From: Malacoraja senta
Lineage: Eukaryota
NCBI GenBank assembly: GCA_038087875.1
Contig: CM075989.1
Coordinates: 5,456,001-5,520,000 of the forward strand
Length of the DNA: 64,000 bases
Direction: 5' to 3'
Shown here: positions 24,585-37,630 of the stretch, piece after piece
How the letters are laid out: every line of letters starts with the position of its first letter
Numbering within the stretch: the first letter of the stretch is position 1
The notes under the pieces: generated by a model
Seen by the model: the letters and a program-made list of their open reading frames with translations, nothing else
The model's database searches: none
What the model was told of the DNA's origin: nothing
Position numbers and translations under genes: made by a program

Positions 24585-25807
24585 TTAATGTGGAGTATGT
24601 GGACAGGTAGAAAATAACTCACACCTTCTGGCAATAGACATGAATGTCAAGTCAAGTCAAGTCACATTTATTTATATAGCACATTTAAGAAACAACTCTC
24701 GTTGGCCAAAGTGCTTTACATTTGTTATAAGAATAGCACAAACAAAACAAACTTCGTACATATATACATGTAGCCCTCACTCAGAGGACGTCAGGAAAGG
24801 CTTGGGAGTATAGGTCAGTCTTTAGACTTGACTTAAAAGAGTCGATGGAGGGGGTAATGTGAGGTATAAGTTATGTTTTGGAACATTTGAACACACCAGC
24901 ATTCGCACGTGTGCATTGAATTCTTGAAGAAGATTTAAAACTGCTTTTTTTAAAGACCTTGGAGAGAAAAAGTTATTTTTAATTTATTTGCTGGAAGTTA
25001 CCAGGAAAAATGATTGTCAGTGGGTGAAGTGATAAAAATAGTTTTGCAGGCTGTGACGTTTATTTTTTGGCGAGGCTCAGCAAACATAAAAATCTGAGGT
25101 TCCTGGGCAACCAATCTTGCAACAAAAATAATAATAAATAGATCAGGAAACGCTGACTGGTTTGGATCATAAGCAGGTCTCTGAGCTGAGCTCACTCTCT
25201 TCTTCCCTCTCCCATCGGGCAAAAGGTATAGAAGCGTGAAAACGCACACCTCCAGATTCAGTGTTTAAGAAGGAACTGCAGATGCTGGGAAAACGAAGGT
25301 AGACAAAAATGCTGGAGAAACTCAGCGGGTGAGGCAGCATCTATGGAGCGAAGGAAATAGGCAACGTTTCGGGTCTCGTGGACAGCATTTTTGTCCACCT
25401 CCAAAATCAAACTCGTGGACAGCATTTTTGTCCACCTCCAGATTCAGGGACAGTTTCTTTCCAGCTGTTATCAGGCAACTGAATCATCCCACTGCAACCA
25501 GAGAGCAGTCCTGAACTACTACTCTGAAGAAAGGTTTCGGCCCAAAACTTTGCCTATTTCCTTCGCTCCATAGATGCTGCCTCACCCGCTGAGTTTCTCC
25601 AGCATTTTCTCTACCTTCGATTTTCCAGCATCTGCAGTTCCTTCTTAAACAACTGAACTACTATCTACCTCTTTGGTGACCCTCGGCATATCCTTGACCG
25701 GACTTTGCAGGCTTTACCTTGCACTAAACGTTATTCCCTTATCGTGTATCAATACACTGTAAATGGATCGATTGTAATCATGCATTGTCTTTCTGCCGAC
25801 TGGTTAG

Positions 25808-26013
25808 TGTAAATCACTTCAAAGCATATAAGATTTACACACATCTTTATTCAGCACATTAACTTAGCAGCATTACAGGTCTAGGTGTTGTCAGTTCATC
25901 CTGGCTGCTTCAACTAACGGTGCTGGGAATGGGCGTTAGTATAAATGTTATAATGGGGTGGAGTTAGTGATGCTGGCTAAGTGTGATTGATTCACATGCA
26001 TCATCAATCTACA
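25808..26013 (-). repeat. Gypsy 3' LTR (206 bp)
   Basis: Minus strand reads TGTAGAT...ATTTACA, preceded by the PPT AGGGGAAAGGA, and contains AATAAA. Confidence 0.85.
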
Positions 26014-26085
26014 TCCTTTCCCCTAAAGATTAAAAGCATATTAAACATACTCGCCATACCTGTCTGGTGGTCTACTAACACGGCC

Positions 26086-27835
26086 CTAACGCGTGCGGAC
26101 CCAACCATCCCCTCCCTCAACTGAAGGATGAGGCGGGGAGGTTGAAGGTGAAAACCGCACGGGAGAGGATTGTGGTGACCGAGGGGAGAAACATGCGGTG
26201 GGTGAGACCCCGTGGTTATTGGAGACCGATAGACGTGGGGGAGTGGCAGGCATGCGGGAACGGGCAGGAGACATCGCGGAAGGCGGCTGGAACTGGAGCG
26301 GCGGAGCATAGGGATCGGCAGGCGGCGGTCGGGGCTCCTTCACAGCAAGCAGGTGTTGACGACTTCTCCGGTAAACCGCTCCCTCACAGTCCACAAGGTA
26401 TGATCGCGGCTCATCAGTCGGGCGCACAACAATGCCCAGACGAGAATGTCCAGTTGGAGTTCGTAGATGGACGACCTGGCCCGGCAGTAGAGGCTGGAGT
26501 GGTCTGCTGGAACTGTCGTATGACCGTTTCTGGGTATCGTGCTTCTCTTGGAGACGTTGCTGGATAGTGGCGGGCTTCAACACCCGAGGAACCAGCTGCT
26601 GTTGTGCGATGGGGACCGTAGACCTCGTCACCCTCGAGAGCAGCCGCTGTGCTGGTGACCCCAAGACTCCGTCTCTCGGAATGTTTCTGAGGTTCAGCAG
26701 ATCGAGATAGACGTCAGAGTTTGAAATGCGCGCTCCCTCCAGCAAGTGCTTGGCGCTCCTGACAGCGCGTTCAGCGAGTCCATTACTCTGTGGATACTCG
26801 GGACTGCTTGTGATGTGCTGGAAGTTCCATCGGTCAGCGAAAAGCTTGAACGAGTGGCTGGTGAACTGTGGACCATTGTCGGTTCTCAGAATAACAGGAA
26901 TCCCATGGTCTGAGAAATGTCTTTTCAGAATCTTGATGACCATCACCGACGTGAGGGAGGTCAGTTGGTCAAGTTCGAACCAGTTGGAGTACGAGTCGAC
27001 CAGAACGAGGTAGTGCTTACCGCACCATTCGAAAATGTCCGCAGCCATCGACAACCATGACAGGGCTGGTGAAGGTTGTTGCAGAAGGGGTTGCCGCTGC
27101 TGATGAGGTGCAAGATTGTTGCAAGTGGGGCAGGAGGCTACACGGTCTCGGATGTACGTGGCCATTCCAGGCCAGTAGAACAGATCCCGGGCGCGTGCCA
27201 GTGTGGAGTCGGCTCCTGGGTGACCACCGTGTACCTCTTTGAAGTACTCGTCTTGTAGCGATGCAGGTACAACTACCTTGTGGCCCTTGATGACCACACC
27301 ATCCTGAACCACCAGTTCATCGCGGACCAAGAAGTACGGCTGCACCTCAGTGGGCGTGTTGGATTGTCTGTCTGGCCAGCCTGTCTTGATGATGGACGAG
27401 AGGGCTTGAAGCGTAGCATCCTTGGCAGTGTGCGCGGCCAGGGAGCGCAGTTGCTTGCTGGAGATTAGACCGACACCGAGAACAGTGAAATCCTCCTGCT
27501 CGTGTGGGTGTTGTTCGCAAGATGTTCGAGGGGCACGAGAGAGTGTGTCAGCAACATGCATGTCCTTGCCCTTTGTGTAGGTAATAGAGAAATCGTACCG
27601 CTGCAGCTGCATCATCATGCGCTGTAAACGAGCTGGGGCGGCGTGGATAGGCTTGTTCAAGATTGTCACCAGTGGCTGGTGATCCGTTTCAACCATGAAC
27701 GTGTTGCCAAAGACGAAGTCGTGGAATTTGGAGCAGGCAAAGACGACCGCCAGCAGTTCCTTTTCCATTTGCGCGTAGTGCTGCTCCGTGTCGGTCATGG
27801 TGCGAGAGGCATACGCGACGGGTAGTAGGGTACCA
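26086..27835 (-). CDS. Gypsy/Ty3 pol fragment: RNase H + integrase, uninterrupted, 5'-truncated
   Basis: PVAYASR, EKELLA and ETDHQPL (RNase H); H..GHPG..C..C zinc finger; ADIF, TDNGPQF and QSNGLAERAV (DDE integrase). Confidence 0.93.
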
Positions 27836-28212
27836 TACGCGCAGTAAAAAGCTTTACACTGTACCTCGGTACACATGACAATAAACTAAACTGAACTGAA
27901 CACAGTAGTATTGAAAATATATCGTCCATGGCTAATAATACACGTATCTGGTAGGAGCTACCAACTTCATTCCCTTTGAAGAGGAAGACAAAATGAAGCA
28001 GATAGACAACAATTGTCTTTTCAAGTTTTATTGTTATTGGGATAAATTATATTCCTCGGGACTTTTGTCTCTCCTCCACTGGAATTTCCACAATCTCTTT
28101 TTCTTGCTTTTCTGGGATCTCTTCCTCAGGACCGACTTCTTCCTGCACCTTTGGGTTTTTTTTTACACTCATCCCTTTCGTTATCTGGTCCACTGTCTCT
28201 GGTTTAACCCTC

Positions 28213-29345
28213 ATAGATACATAGAAAATAGGTGTAGGAGTTGGCCATTTGGCCCTTCGAGCCATTCAATGTGATCATGGCTGATCATCCACAATCAGTA
28301 CCCTGTTCCTGCCTTCTCCCCATATCCCTTGATTCCGCTAGCCCTAAGAGCTCTATCTAATTCTCTTTCGAATGCATCCAGTGAATCGGCTTCCATGGCC
28401 TTCTGGGGCAGAGAATTCCACAAATTCACAACTCTCTGGGTGAAAAAGTCTTTCCTCATCTCAGTTCTAAATGGCCTACCTTAAGCTTAAACTGTGGCTC
28501 CTGCTTCTGCACTCCCCCAACATCGGGAACATGTTTTCTGCATCTAGCGTGACCAATCCCTTAATAATCTTATATGTTTCCATAAGATACCCTCTCATCC
28601 TACTAAATTCCAGTGAATACAAGCTCAGTCGATCCATTCTTACATCATATGACAGTCCCGTCATCCTGGGAATTAATCTAGTGAACATACACCAAACTCC
28701 CTCAATAGCAAGAATGTCCATCCTCAAATTAGGAGACCAAAACTGCATACAACACTCCAGGTGTGGTCTCACCAGGGCCCTGTACAACTGCAGAAGGACC
28801 TCTTTGCTCCTATTCTCAAATCCACTGGGTTATGAAGGCCATTATCTTTCTTCATTGCCTGCTGTACCTGCATGCTTACTTTCAGTGACTGATGTACAAG
28901 GACACCCAGGTCTTGTTGCACTTCTCCTTTTCCCAATCTGACACCATTCAGATAATAATCTGCCTTCTTGTTCTTGCCATCAAAGTGGATAACCTCACAT
29001 TTATCCACATTATACTGCATCTGCCATGCATCTGCCCACTCACCCAAGCTATCCAAGTCACCCTGCATCTTCATAGCATCCTCTTGACAGTTCACACTAC
29101 CACCCAGCTTCGTGTCATCTGCAAATTTGCTAATGCTACTTTTAATTCCTTCATCTAAATCATTAATATATATTGTAAATAGCTGCGGTCCCAGCACCGA
29201 GCCTTGTGGCACCCCACTAGTCATTACCTGCCTTCTGAAAGGGACCCGTTAATTCCTACTCTTTGTTTCCTGTCTGCCAACCAATTTTCTATCCATGTCA
29301 AGACCCTACCCCCAATATCATGTGCTCTAATTTTGCCCACTAACT
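28213..29345 (-). mobile_element. CR1 LINE 3' half (RT pseudogene)
   Basis: SGVPQGSVLGP, YINDL, KFADDTK and LVRPHLE..QFWSP motifs plus 3' UTR. Confidence 0.93.
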
Positions 29346-30644
29346 CTGCTAACTATCTAACTGCTAGCTATCCCTACACTCCGAGGCCTGCTTGACCAAG
29401 TTGCTGTCCACCATTTTGAAACTCTATTCCTCTCCTGGGCTTCGTAATGAAAATATAGGCGAATAAAATGAGACACCTTCTCTCAAAGAGATCTGGCACA
29501 AGGTTAGTTGTTTGGGACACTAAAATTAGTCCATGGGAGAACATTCCATTCTAGGATCAGGAATTTTGAGCTAGAATGTTATACTTGGACAGGGAGCTCC
29601 ACACACAACAGCAATGAGTGGGATGTAATTGGCTTGAAGACTGTATTTGGAAACAAGATTTTATCATTTGCCATAAATGCTTAAGAATTAACCTTTGGTT
29701 CTCAGGAGCACACTGTTGGCGGGATATTTTGAAGTGATAATATTTTAGTGCATGTAGCTGTTCACTTCGCATGGCCAAAGAAATTACCTTAATTGGCATC
29801 GGGGTGCACACAACCTGACTCTACAGTTGAGTAGTGTTGATGAATTAGCTGGGAATCTGACAACGCATGAGTGAGTTGGAGCAGGAGGCTGGAGTTGGGA
29901 AGCAACTGGCTGAACATCAGGTAGGCCGTAGGCCCAGTAACAGTAGAATAAAAAGTCAATGCATTTTCACGCTGAGGAGTTAAATTTTAAACCATGCCCA
30001 TCTTTGAGTCTCATGGATAAGTTGCCTCTCCCATTGAGAATTATTTTGAGAAAAGGACACAGTGCTGGAGTAAATCGACGGGTCAGGCAGCATCTCTAGA
30101 GAAAATGAATAGATGATGTTTTGGGTTGGGACCTTTCTTCAGACTGAGTCATAGATGCTTGATGTCAAACAACAATAGGGCAGTAATCTTGATCATCTTG
30201 TGTCTTCAGGAAGCCAGATTGTATAAATTTAGATGTGATGGTTATTGGATTATTAGTTTCCAGGTACTAATTTTGTACTGGCTAACATACTGAAGGCTAA
30301 ACATGGCATTTGTTTGTAGGTATGAATAGTATAATGGATATTGGGTCAGCAACCAGAACCTTGGACCATTGCTCCAGAGCCATACATTTGAATGGCAGCA
30401 AGGAAAATGTATCTCAGAACAACCATTGTTATGAAGCGGTGAAATCATCGGATTGTGTTTGAAACTATTTGTTTCACCATTGTCCTGAGCTCCAGCTTTT
30501 TAGCCAGGCTGGTCAATACATCACACTAGACCCCCCAATATAGCTAAATTAAACATGAGCAAGTCCTATCAATTCAAGAGGGAATGAAGGATGAACCACC
30601 AGTAACATTCATATTCTATGAGGAATTAAATAAAAAGATTTAGA

Positions 30645-31340
30645 ATCATAGAGTCATAGAGTGATAGAGTGTGGAAACAGGCCCTTTGCTCAACCTGTCC
30701 ACACCAGCCAACATATCCCAGCTACACTAGTCCCACCTGCCCATGTTTGGTCCATATCCCTCCAAACCTGTCCTATCCATGTACCTGTCTAACTGTTTCT
30801 TAAATGTCGGGATAGTCCCTGGCTCAAGTACCTCCTCTGGCAGCTTGTTCCAAACACCCACCACCCTTTGTGTGAAAAAGTTACCCCTCAGATTCCTATT
30901 AAATCTTTTCCCCCTCACCTTAAACCTATACCCTCTGGTCCTCGATTCACCTACTCTGAGCAAGAGACTCTGTGTGTCTACCCGATCTATTCCTCTCATG
31001 ACTTTATACAACTCAATAAGATCACCTCTCATCCTTCTGCGCCCCAAAGAATAGAGTCCCTGCCTTACTCAACCTCTCTCTGTAGCTCACACCCTCTAGT
31101 CTTGGCAACATCCCTGTAAATCTTCTCTGTACCCTTTATATTTTCTATACAACATATTTTCCATAACATGGTGCCCAAACTGAACACAATATTCTAAATG
31201 CTGCCTCACCAACATCTTATACAACTGCAACATGACCTCCCAACTTCTATACTCAATAATCTGACTGATGAAGGCCAATGTGCCAAATGCCTTTTTGACC
31301 ACCCTATCTACCTGCGACTCGACCTTCAAGGAACTATGCA
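30645..31340 (-). mobile_element. CR1 LINE 3' fragment
   Basis: MRGDLIE.YK, NFFTQRVVGVWNKLP. Confidence 0.9.
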
Positions 31341-31613
31341 CCAGAAAACATTTCAAACATTTACCTTCTCATGCATGTTTCTTTGCACTTCTTTTCAAAA
31401 ACCTGTCTTTGATTTTTAGGTTATTTGCACTCCTAACCAATTGAAATAGTTTATCTCTCTCTAACACATTAATTCACATTAAATCGTTAAAAATTTGGAT
31501 TTTTTTTTCCATATTCTTCAATATTCTACAGATACTAATGGCATAAATTTAAGGTGAAAGTTTAAAGGAGATGTGTGGGGCAAGTTTTTTATGTTAGAGG
31601 GTGGCGGGTGCCT

Positions 31614-32038
31614 CCGTGGATTGTCACCTTGTCGTGGCGGAGAAGCTTGTGTGGACCTGAGATCCTGAGAGCGATGCCGTCTGGAGCTATGCTCCAGGTA
31701 GGGCCACCCATAGCGGTAAGGTCGAGGGGGAGGATTCTGACAAAGAGCAATCCAACCAAGACCTCAACGGTGGAACAGGCAGAGGTCGATGGCTGACTTT
31801 AGTGGAGCGTCACAACGGCTGGGAAGGCGGATGAAGGCTGCAGCAGAAAAGGGTCTCCGGTCATCTTGGACTCAATGCCACTGGATCCTGACCCAGATCT
31901 GTCAAGGACCGTGCGGTGGCTGTCTGTGCACCAGCCTCCCCATGTTAAACAAAGTCACGGACAGGCGTCCTCCATATAGGGAATGGCACCCTTGAGACAC
32001 CCATGGTGAGCCATGACCGAAGGGGGCCTAAGATAAGA
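31614..32038 (+). mobile_element. RTE-derived bipartite non-autonomous retroposon
   Basis: 5' end caccttgtcgtggcggag..ctatgc..gtagggccaccca..tctgacaaa resembles RTE (BovB/Expander) 5' UTRs. Has a (TAAGA) tail and a 12-bp TSD tggcgggtgcct / tggtgggtgcct inside a CR1 fragment. Confidence 0.7.
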
Positions 32039-32399
32039 TGGTGGGTGCCTGGAATGCACTGCTACAGATGGTGGTGGAACCAATTATAACAGTGGCATTA
32101 AAGAGGTGTTTAGATAGATACATGGATGTGCAGATGATGGAGTGATATGGATCACATACAGGAAGATGAGTTTAGTTTAATTTGGCATCATGTTTGTTCC
32201 TGTGCTGTACTTTTGCTATTCTATGTTCTTATCCCTACTTTCTCTAATGGTTGAATTATAAGAGACTTCAAGGAGCAGAGGTTAAGATAGTAATTATCAG
32301 TGACACATGGAAGGGGAGACCAAGGACTTGTGGCTTCAGGTAGGACTACAAGGGACACAGATAAAACATTAACAAGACAGTTATATTCCCCTGGAAGGC

Positions 32400-32830
32400 T
32401 ATTTGGGCCTGAACTCGCTGGAGTTTAGAAGAATGAGGGGGAACCTTATTGAAACTTTGCAAATAGTGAAAGGCTTGGATAGAGTGGATGTGGAGAGGAT
32501 GTTTCCACTAGTGGGAGAGTCTAGGACCAGAGGCCACAGCCTCAGAATAGAAGGACGTACCTTTAGAAAGATGAGAAGGAATTTCTTTAGGCAGAGGGTG
32601 GTGAATCAGTGGAATTCATTGCCACACACAGTAGCTGTGGAGGCCAAGTCAATACGTATTTTTAAGGTGGAGATTGACAGATTGTTGATTAGTACGGGCG
32701 TCAGGGGTTATGGGGTGATGGCAGGACAATGGGGTTGAGAGGGAAAGATAGATCAGCCATGATTGAATGACAAGTTCCACTTGATGGACCGAATGGCCTG
32801 ATTCTGCTCCTATCACTTATGAACTTATGA
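32400..32830 (+). mobile_element. CR1 LINE 3' fragment
   Basis: LGLNSLEFRRMRGNLIE...WNSLP. Confidence 0.9.
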
Positions 32831-33734
32831 ACATGACTAGTTCGAACAGAGAGATGAACACAGTTATCGAAGATGAAATAGTATACTGTATTGGTGTCTA
32901 CAGGTCTGGTCTTTGAGGGCTTGACCTCATTGATTGGCGGGAGTACAGTTGATGGGCCGAATGGCCTAATTGTGCTCCTAGAACATGAATTGTCTTTGTG
33001 GAACCCACAAGAATGTAGCTCCCATAAGAATGGAACCCATAAGAATGGAACCCCCATAAGAATGTAGCTTAATTTAGCTGAAGCCTCTGATGAAGGAGAT
33101 TTACAGGAGGTATTGTCTGGGGATTTTGGCTCAGAATCTCCAATGCTCCTTCGAGCTGTCGATTGTTCTTGGCATTCAACTGTGCAACATGCAATGAGCC
33201 GAATGAGGTCGGACAAGTATGGCGTGAAATTGCCTTGGAACATAACTCGGGCCTAAAGTTCAGAAAGGCACTGTGACAACAGCCAAAGAAAGCCAGGGAG
33301 CAGAACCTGAACAACCTCTTCAAACTTCTGTGATCTCCAAGAGTTTATGTATGGCCTTTATTTTTTGGATTGCACATCTCCGCTGAAGAATTCTTGCTTT
33401 GAATCAAATGTTACCGAAAATGTTCTTGCAGAGTGCTGGTGAACATCCCCGTTGAATCTGTTATTGACATCTTACCTTGTGCAGTGCAGTAACGTGCCGT
33501 AACAACTGGAGCATGGAATTGAGGGAGAAGACTGCACTGTCAATATTAGCATGGGGGCGGGTGTGGTGGGAGTGGTGCCTACTTTACACTGTTAACACTG
33601 TTCATATTCGGGCTCGAAGATGAAGGATCTGTTCATGCAGTGAGACCATTTCCTCTTCCTCTCACCAATGGACCAATGGACTACCTGTTGTAGAAAGCGT
33701 CATCCAACCGCAAACCACAAATAAAACAGACAGG

Positions 33735-34170
33735 AGGCACGAAGGCGCAGCGGCGGAGGTACGGCACCGGAGACCTGGGCTCAATCCTGGCCTTGGGTGC
33801 TGTCTGTGTGGAGACTGCACGTTCTCCCTGACAGCATGGGTTTTCTCCGGTGTTTTCTCCTCTCACATCGCGAAGACGCGCAGGTTTGTTGGTTAATTAA
33901 CTTCTGTAAATGGTCCTTAATGGTTCTGTAAATAGGATAGAACTGGTGTACGGACGATCGCTGGTTGGAGCAGACTGGGTGGGCCAAGAGCTGTTTCCAC
34001 ACTGTGCAGCTAAACTGAACTAAACTGAACTAAACTAAACTAATCTAAACTAAACTAAACTAAACTAAACTAATCTAAACTAAACTAAACTAAACTAATC
34101 TAAACTAAACTAAATTCAACTCAACTCTACTTAACCTAACCTTAACTCAGCTCAATTCAACTAAACTAAA
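33735..34170 (+). mobile_element. V-SINE with expanded (CTAAA)n tail
   Basis: SINE body followed by ~160 bp of pentamer repeat (34010-34170). Confidence 0.8.
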
Positions 34171-34529
34171 GTGGTAACTCCTATATAAGCAATTGAAGCT
34201 CAAAGAACATTTAATACATGTTTTAAGCTTTGGATTGGCATTGGTTTAATGTTGTCAGGTGTACTGAGGTACAGTGAAAAGCTTTTGTTTTTGTGCTGTC
34301 CAAGAGAGATAGCCACTGATCCACTGTTAATACTAAATGTGTTTCTGAATCTCCTTGGCTGAAGTAGGGGAAGGAGAAGACCACTGTAGGTAGAATAAGT
34401 AGGAGTAAGGACAATGGCGGAACATCAACCGAAGGTGCCAAAATGTTAAGTGATAAATAAGCTAAAGTGTTAAGTATCGGGAATAGCTTCTTCCCCACTG
34501 TTATCAGTTTCCTGAACTTCCCTCAAGCT

Positions 34530-34940
34530 AGGGTGTAGAGGTGGAGCCTCGCCGGCCGATGAAGCCCGTGGACAACAGCCCCTGGATCTGCGGAGCCTGC
34601 GCCCGGGGCCTGGGTCGGTGACAGGGAGGCGCCGGAGAGGACCCAGCGGCAATAGTGGGGAGGTCGGTGTGGCGGTCGATGATGGTGCCGACCGACGGAT
34701 GTAGACAGAACATGTGGAAGTGAGGACGCCGCTGCCAGTGGAAGGAACAATGGAGGACCCGGCGTGTTGGAACGCCGGGACGGTGAGGGAGGGGGGGGGG
34801 AGAATAGAGTGGGACCTGGCGCGGGGATATTTTGTAACTTCGTAAGTGCCCTTTATTGCCGCCTATTTGCATACCTTGGGTATTCAAGCAAAGAATTTCC
34901 CTGTGACTTGTCACATGTGACGATAAAGTATTCATTCATA
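34530..34940 (+). mobile_element. GC-rich short retroposon with Rex1/L2-like tail
   Basis: CpG-rich body; tail aaagaatttccctgtgacttgtcacatgtgacgataaagtattcattca. Confidence 0.5.
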
Positions 34941-35527
34941 AAGATATTGGACTTTTACACTGGAACCTAAATGTATCAACTCTGTAAATCTAATGCTAGA
35001 CATGAGTGCAATCAAATCATACATAATAACAGTCGGTGCAAGGAGCAAAATACCAAAGTAGTTTTACAGAATGGATACTTAATATTTTGAAGAGTGAGAT
35101 TAAAAGATTTTATTTGGACATTTAGGGAATCTGGGATTATGCGATCAGGACAGTGTGGTGGAGAATCAATTGTATTCAATAAGGACACAAAGTCGAGGAG
35201 TAACTCAACAGGTCAGGCAGCATCTCTGGGGAACACGGATAGGTGACCTTTGTTCCCGACCCAAAACATCACTTTTCAATCACTTAACAATGCCCAACTA
35301 ACCTGTCAACAGTTAGTTCGACCCGAAACATCACCTATTTCTTTTCTCCAGAGATGCTGCCTGACCCACTGAGTTATTCCGCTACTTTGAATCCTTTTTC
35401 AAAAAGATCATGATTTACTCCAGCACTTTGTTATTCCAAGTTACTCCAGTACTTTGTGACCTTTTGTGTAAACCAGTATCTGCAGTTCCTTGTTTTTTAC
35501 ATTACCTTATCGAATGAGAGAATGAGA

Positions 35528-35880
35528 TAACCAACCTGATCTCCTGGTGGCTCAGCACTTCAACTCCTACTCCCATTCTGAATCCTGGGTCTCATTTGTA
35601 AATTGGAGGAGCAGCACCTCATATTTCGCTTGGGCAGTTTACACCCCAGCGGTATGAACATTGACTTCTCCAATTTCAGGTAGTCCCTGCTTTCTCCTCC
35701 CTTTCCCAGCTCTCCCTTAGCCCACTGTCTCCGCCTCTTCCTTACTTCTTCCCGCCCTCCCCCCACCTCCCACCCTCACATCAGTCTGAAGAAGGGTCTC
35801 GACCCAAAACGTCGCCTATTTCCTTTGCTCCATAGATGCTGCCTCACCCGCTGAGTTTCTCCAGCATTTTGTCTACCCTC
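35528..35880 (+). mobile_element. Penelope 3' fragment + pLTR
   Basis: Homologous to 13680-14070. Confidence 0.85.
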
Positions 35881-36478
35881 TTATTGAATGAGAGAGTCAG
35901 CTTGGTCGGTGTGGAGCGTAACTTGGCCACTCTTCCCTTCATCACTTATGTTCAGCCAATGCACCTTCACAAACTGCGATGAGATTTATTTTAAGCCTTT
36001 TAAATACTAATCCCAATCCTGCTCCTGACCCAAGCTTTGGCTGAAACATAGGACTTAAACACATAAGCAACAAGGATAACCCAATCTACAAAAGTTAGTA
36101 GAACGCTGTTCTCATTCATTGAATCTTCTTACTGAATCTTTGTGTCATTGAAATCTTGGATATGGAATAATGAACTGCATCCAACAGAACTGCAGCTCGG
36201 ACAGTAGATGTGAACAGTGTTTGGAACACAGTTTGACTTGTCCAGTCCACTGTAGCAGCTCATTGATTAACCAGACAGTACGGTATTCTGCCCAGTCCAA
36301 ACGCTGGTTCCCAGAAATCCTATTACTCACATCAGTGTGTGAGAGAGGGGAAAGAGGCAAGTGTGGAAAAAATAAGATCACATGGGATTGCTTCGCTGTC
36401 AAGCTACGATCTTGTATTAAAATAGAAAACGACCCAAAACAACAATGCAACATAACTATATTTAACAGCATCTTATAT

Positions 36479-36678
36479 NNNNNNNNNNNNNNNNNNNNNN
36501 NNNNNNNNNNNNNNNNNNNNNNNNNNNNNNNNNNNNNNNNNNNNNNNNNNNNNNNNNNNNNNNNNNNNNNNNNNNNNNNNNNNNNNNNNNNNNNNNNNNN
36601 NNNNNNNNNNNNNNNNNNNNNNNNNNNNNNNNNNNNNNNNNNNNNNNNNNNNNNNNNNNNNNNNNNNNNNNNNNNNNN
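36479..36678. other. Assembly gap (200 N)
   Basis: Run of N. Confidence 1.
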
Positions 36679-37630
36679 CTATCTTTAAGAGTTCTATCTA
36701 ACTCTCTCTTGAAAGCATCCAGAGAATTGGCCTGCACTGCCTTCTGAGGCAGAGAATTCCACAGATTCACAACTCTTTGGGTGAAAAGGTTTTTCCTCAT
36801 CTCCATTCTAAATGGCCTTCCCCTTATTCTTAAACTGTGGCCCATGGTTCTGGACTCCCCCAACATCGGGAACATATTTCCTGCCTCTAGCATGTCCAAT
36901 CCCTTAATAATCTTAAATGTATCAATAAGATTCCCTCTCATCCTAAATTCCAGTGTATACAAGCCAGGTCGCTCCATTCTTTCAACATATGACAGTCCCG
37001 CCATCCCGGGAATTAACTTCGTGAACCTATGCTGCACTCCCTCAATAGCAAGAATGCCTTTCCTCAAATTTGGAGACAAACTGCACACAATACTCCAGGT
37101 GTGGTCTCACTAGGGCTCTGTACAACTGTAGAAGGACCTCGGTGCTCCTATACTCAACTCCTCTTGTTATGAAGGCCAACTACTATGAGCTTTCTTCATT
37201 ACCTGCTGTACCTACATTCTTACTTTCAGTGACTGATGAACAAGGACACCCTGATCATGTCGTACTTCCCCTTTTCCTAACATGACACCATTCAGATAAT
37301 AATCTGCCTTCCTGTTCTTGCCACCAAAGTGGATAACCTCACATTTATCCACATTAAACTGCATCTGCCATGCATCTGCCAACTCACCCAACCTGTCCAA
37401 GTCACCCTGCAACCTCATAGCATCCTTCTCACAGTTCACACTGCCACCCAGCTTTGTGTCATCTGCAAATTTGCTAATGTTACTTCATCTAAATCATTAA
37501 TGTATATTGTAAATAGCTGTGGGGTCCCAGCATCGAGCCATGCGGTACACCACTAGTCACTGCCTGCCATTCTGAAAGGGACCCGTTAATCCCTACTCTT
37601 TGTTTCCTGTCTGCCAACCAATTTTCTATT
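36679..37630 (-). mobile_element. CR1 LINE, 3' part of the copy split by DIRS
   Basis: RT C-terminal motifs; continues at 49129. Confidence 0.92.

Larger units (their letters stand above)
25190..27900 (+). mobile_element. Rex1/Babar-type LINE 3' end, interrupted by Penelope pieces and the Gypsy element
   Basis: Matches 61170-61512 (ccatc.ggcaaaaggta, TSRFRDSFFP). The tail resumes at about 27838 (aaaagctttacactgtacctcggtacacatgacaataaactaaac). Confidence 0.7.

Noticed and set aside
36170..37088. 172-aa and 208-aa ORFs
   Set aside because: Their length comes from reading through the N gap; the second is CR1 debris.
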